38,983 nt of DNA from Pseudomonadota bacterium (lineage in GTDB: Bacteria; UBA10199; 2-02-FULL-44-16; JAAZCA01), in contig JBDRBN010000044.1 in assembly GCA_043822785.1 (NCBI GenBank), positions 1-38,983 on the forward strand, given 5' to 3'. Each line of letters opens with the position of its first letter. The stretch's first letter is position 1. The translations under genes were made by a program, and so were the position numbers. Below, piece by piece: positions 35,815 to 38,983 of this stretch. The notes beneath the pieces are model-generated. The model saw only the letters and a list, made by a program, of their open reading frames with translations, was not told the origin of the DNA and did not search any database.

Positions 35815-36108
35815 TTACGAAACGACTTCGTATTTTTTTTCAACGAGATTTCTAAATTCCTCGCTCATATCGTGCCAGTCGATCACATCAACCATGAAAG
35901 GGAGATCAGATGCAGCAAAGGCGTCCTTGAGCCGTTCTATGAAACGCCAGTCAAACTTTTCCGGCCCCATGAGGACGAGGTCCAGATCAGAGGAAGGTTC
36001 CGGCCGGCCGTTTACGCGCGAACCGAATGCCCGCACTTCACAGTCCGGCGCATGCAGCGCAAGAATGCGCCTGATCTCGGCTAGGTGCTCTGGGCGTACG
36101 TCAATCAT
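35815..36108 (-). CDS. Minimal nucleotidyltransferase (HI0073-like)
   Basis: AFGSRVNG....SSDLDL, LPFMVDVID. Confidence 0.88.
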   Translation of the reverse strand: MIDVRPEHLAEIRRILALHAPDCEVRAFGSRVNGRPEPSSDLDLVLMGPEKFDWRFIERLKDAFAASDLPFMVDVIDWHDMSEEFRNLVEKKYEVVS

Positions 36109-36526
36109 TCATGGCCTCCAGGCGACCGAGTAGCTCCTTTGCGTCAACGATAAATCGCGTTGCAACCTCGTAAACGATCTTTGCCTTATTCGCATCATAG
36201 ATGTGAGCAGTGATGTTTCGCGCATCGCCGTAATCAAACCATCGCTCAGGGTGATCAATGAGCCCGTGTCGCGCCGCCATGCGGAAGAGATCTTTTCTTG
36301 TACGCGGAAGAGCGGCCTCTTCAAGAAACCTGTTCTCCTTAAGCCAGCGCTGAATGAATTTCCAGCAGAGTTCATAGGTGAACTCAAAATTCTGTATCAC
36401 GCCCGCGCGGATCGTATCGGCTTGTTCTGTGGAAAGGCTGGACATGAAGCCCGTATCTCCCGCGACATTTACGGCATCGTCAAACAAACCAACGGCCTTT
36501 TCGATGCTGCTCAAGTCCAAATGCAT
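36101..36526 (-). CDS. HI0074-family HEPN / nucleotidyltransferase substrate-binding protein
   Basis: AGVIQNFEFTYELCWK, ARNITAHIYD; AAGGAG RBS; overlaps the partner start. Confidence 0.9.
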   Translation of the reverse strand: MHLDLSSIEKAVGLFDDAVNVAGDTGFMSSLSTEQADTIRAGVIQNFEFTYELCWKFIQRWLKENRFLEEAALPRTRKDLFRMAARHGLIDHPERWFDYGDARNITAHIYDANKAKIVYEVATRFIVDAKELLGRLEAMND

Positions 36527-36564
36527 GGTGTCTCCTTATTTCCGTGTTTTGCACTGCTGGATCC

Positions 36565-37761
36565 CTATTTTTGTAACACTTCTGCTATTGTTTTAACAGC
36601 CCCCATGAGTTCTTCTTTTTTGATGATAAGCGGCGGTGCAAAGCGGATGGTGGTCTCGTGCGTGTCCTTTGCCAAAATGCCCTTGTCCATGAGTTCAAGC
36701 GAGAAGGGTCGGGCAGGTTCGTGCAATTCCACTCCCGTGAGCAATCCCTTGCCGCGAATTTCTTTTATGCGTTTGTGATTCATCTTTCTGAGTTCTTTTC
36801 TAAAAACATCGCCTAGCTCTGCTGCACGCTCTGCAAGGTGCTCGTCCACTATTACGTTGATCGCTGCTTCTGCAACTGCGCAGGCAAGCGGGTTTCCTCC
36901 AAAGGTTGAACCGTGATTTCCCGGCTCGAATGCCGCCATCATTATTTCGTTATCGGCCACGATGCCGGATACAGGATATACGCCGCCGCCCAAGGCTTTG
37001 CCCATGCAGATTATATCAGGGCGAACCCCTTCCCAATCGCTCGCGAACATGCGACCTGTGCGGCCGAAGCCGGTCTGGATTTCGTCGCAGATGAGAAGCA
37101 CGTTGTTGTTTTTGCAGATCTCGGCACATTTTTTAAGATAGCCATCATCGGGCACGAGCACTCCTGCTTCGCCCTGAATGGGCTCAACTAGAAACGCTAC
37201 CGTGTTTTCATCTATGGTTCTCTCCAGAGAATCGATGTTGTTGTATGGGATGATGTCAAAGCCTGGAGTAAACGGGCCAAACCCATCGCGGCAGATCAAA
37301 TCAGTTGAAAATCCTACAATGGTAGTAGTGCGGCCGTGGAAGTTTCCGTTACAAACGATTATTCTGGCCTTGTCAGCTGGCACACTCTTTTTTATATAAC
37401 CCCAGCGGCGCGCTGCTTTGATGGCTGTCTCAACAGCTTCGGCGCCTGTATTCATGAGAAGCGCTTTGTCGAAGCCAGTGAGCTTGGTGAGTTTGCGCAA
37501 GAAAGGTCCCATGCGATCATTATGAAAGGCGCGCGATGTGAGAGTGAGTTTGTCAGCTTCGTCCTTTAGCGCTTTTACGATCTTTGGGTGTCTGTGGCCC
37601 TGGTTTAAAGCTGAATAGGAGGCAAGCATGTCGATATAGCGCTTGCCCTCTACGTCTTCGACCCACGCGCCTTCGCCCTTGGAAAGCACGACTGGCAATG
37701 GGTGATAGTTGTGCGCAGAAACCTCTTCCACCTCTGCAATGAATTGTTCTGTCTTGCTCAT
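36565..37761 (-). CDS. rocD: Ornithine--oxo-acid aminotransferase
   Basis: [50 protein letters not shown] 37761 with GAGGAGG RBS. Confidence 0.95.
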   Translation of the reverse strand: MSKTEQFIAEVEEVSAHNYHPLPVVLSKGEGAWVEDVEGKRYIDMLASYSALNQGHRHPKIVKALKDEADKLTLTSRAFHNDRMGPFLRKLTKLTGFDKALLMNTGAEAVETAIKAARRWGYIKKSVPADKARIIVCNGNFHGRTTTIVGFSTDLICRDGFGPFTPGFDIIPYNNIDSLERTIDENTVAFLVEPIQGEAGVLVPDDGYLKKCAEICKNNNVLLICDEIQTGFGRTGRMFASDWEGVRPDIICMGKALGGGVYPVSGIVADNEIMMAAFEPGNHGSTFGGNPLACAVAEAAINVIVDEHLAERAAELGDVFRKELRKMNHKRIKEIRGKGLLTGVELHEPARPFSLELMDKGILAKDTHETTIRFAPPLIIKKEELMGAVKTIAEVLQK

Positions 37762-37778
37762 CGTTCCTCCTCGGATAA

Positions 37779-37864
37779 TGTCATTGCGAGCGTAGCGACG
37801 CAATCTCCTCAAACCCAAGATGCTACGGGGAGTGCTTCGTCGCTAAAAGCTCCTCGCAATGACA
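37779..37864. repeat. Family-A palindromic doublet
   Basis: TGTCATTGCGAG...GCAATCTC / GAGTGCTTCG...CTCGCAATGACA between proline dehydrogenase and rocD. Confidence 0.85.
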
Positions 37865-37871
37865 GTCTTAT

Positions 37872-38813
37872 TTATCGTATAAACAAATTCTTAATAAAGA
37901 ACCACATGTTCTCTTTGCGCTCCCTTAACCTGCGCCAGGTGTAGGGAAGCCACATATGACCAAAAGGCACATAGATTCGAACGCGCCATCCATCAGCGAG
38001 TATCCTTTTTGCAAGCCTTGTGCGAATGCCCAGAAGCAGCTGAAACTCAAAGCGCTCGGGATCTATGTTTTGATATTTCGCGAACCTCTGTATTTCTTCT
38101 ATCAACCAAGTGTCATGCGTTGCAATACCATGATAGAGCCTTGAGGTCAGAAGCCTTTTTGCCTGGGAGAGTAATTCCTTTCTGATAATCCGCATATCCC
38201 TATGCGCTATCTCAGGTGATTCTTTATATGCGCCTTTGCACAGCCTAAGCGGGATTTCGCGCTGGACCAAATCCACTATGTCCTCAGGCGTGCGAAAGAG
38301 CATGGACTGAACGGTGGCCCCCAATGGCACAGCGCGGTTGCGTTTGATTCTACGAATTACATCCAAAGTCGCTTGGGTTTCCTTTGAGCTTTCCATGTCC
38401 ACGCGCACAAAACCGTGAATCTCTTCTGCTGCATGAACTATCCGTTCTAAATTCTCAATGCACAGTTCCTTGTCTATATTAAGGCCTAACTGCGTAAGCT
38501 TAACTGATATATTGCGATCAAGGTCCTTTTCCTTGAGCGCGCGCAACATGACTAGGTATTGCTCAGTAGCCATCTTTGCTTCAGAGATGCTGGTGACGCT
38601 TTCTCCAAGGTGATCGAGCGTGGTGGCAAAACCCTGTGTCTTAAGTCTCTTTAAAACTTCAAGCGCGTCTGTGAGCGTTGTGCCTGCGATAAACCTTCTG
38701 GCAAATGGTGCTAGAAGGCGAGATGACAGCGCGCCCACCCCCCTCCTTTGTAAGGAGGGGATGGGGGAGGTAGAACCTGTTTTCAATGAATTGCCGTTTT
38801 TGCTTTCTGGCAT
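37872..38813 (-). CDS. Monofunctional proline dehydrogenase (start uncertain; GTG 38738 possible)
   Basis: RFIAG, DHLGE, SVKLTQLG, VDME, RLCKGAY, IATHD, YVPFG, RRLRE. Confidence 0.9.
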   Translation of the reverse strand: MPESKNGNSLKTGSTSPIPSLQRRGVGALSSRLLAPFARRFIAGTTLTDALEVLKRLKTQGFATTLDHLGESVTSISEAKMATEQYLVMLRALKEKDLDRNISVKLTQLGLNIDKELCIENLERIVHAAEEIHGFVRVDMESSKETQATLDVIRRIKRNRAVPLGATVQSMLFRTPEDIVDLVQREIPLRLCKGAYKESPEIAHRDMRIIRKELLSQAKRLLTSRLYHGIATHDTWLIEEIQRFAKYQNIDPERFEFQLLLGIRTRLAKRILADGWRVRIYVPFGHMWLPYTWRRLRERKENMWFFIKNLFIR

Positions 38814-38909
38814 TCTCTACCCCACCCTAACCCTCCCCTTACACAGAGACTGTGTCGCAATTGGGGAGGGTGACTTGATATAAACGTTCTTTGACAAAAA
38901 AATATGAGA
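38738..38909. repeat. Family-B doublet (arms 38738-38774 and 38816-38870) plus 24-bp TTGACA-containing tail
   Basis: CCCCTCCTTTGTAAGGAGGGGATGGGGGAGGTAGA ... TCTACCCCACCCTAACCCTCCCCTTACA; right arm loop carries GAGACTGTGTCGCAAT. Confidence 0.88.
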
Positions 38910-38983
38910 ATTTTGTTACAAAATACTACCGGCCAAATATTCGAGTGATGTCAGTCCATATTCTCTTCTGTTTTATCCTTGTG

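Noticed and set aside
37762..37818. N-terminal extension of rocD
   Set aside because: Derived from the family-A element; a strong RBS precedes ATG 37761.
73..38909. Whole window as a giant transposon or prophage bounded by terminal inverted repeats
   Set aside because: Contains core genes (valS, ligA, nadA, nadC) and no transposase, integrase or phage genes.

Overview
Chromosomal segment of a bacterium, probably a Deltaproteobacteria-like lineage (inference from the FHA-sigma54 activator, VegA-like Zn-finger protein and gene content). The housekeeping backbone comprises nth, lexA-like, HpnA-like epimerase, a second HhH-GPD glycosylase, BaiN flavoprotein, RlmI-type methyltransferase, M16 peptidase, ligA, nadA, amrS, malic enzyme, nadC, valS, rocD and proline dehydrogenase. 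It is interrupted by orphan or secreted cargo genes, two HEPN-MNT toxin-antitoxin pairs and several families of short palindromic repeats. Main signals: (1) a DUF559/Vsr-like nuclease gene exactly filling the space between two inverted REP-like arms, with an 'empty' arm pair 2.3 kb away and more copies nearby, a candidate REPIN/RAYT-like system with a non-transposase nuclease; (2) a cryptic ~5.2 kb integrase-less island at the 3' end of the M16 peptidase gene, whose displaced att fragment is hidden by a MITE; (3) palindromic repeats supplying the C-termini or internal segments of several proteins; (4) cargo genes that sort into sigma54-promoter/signal-peptide and sigma28-like-promoter/no-signal-peptide classes. 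No rRNA, tRNA, CRISPR array, integrase or transposase was recognised. All family calls come from reading motifs by eye, not database searches.
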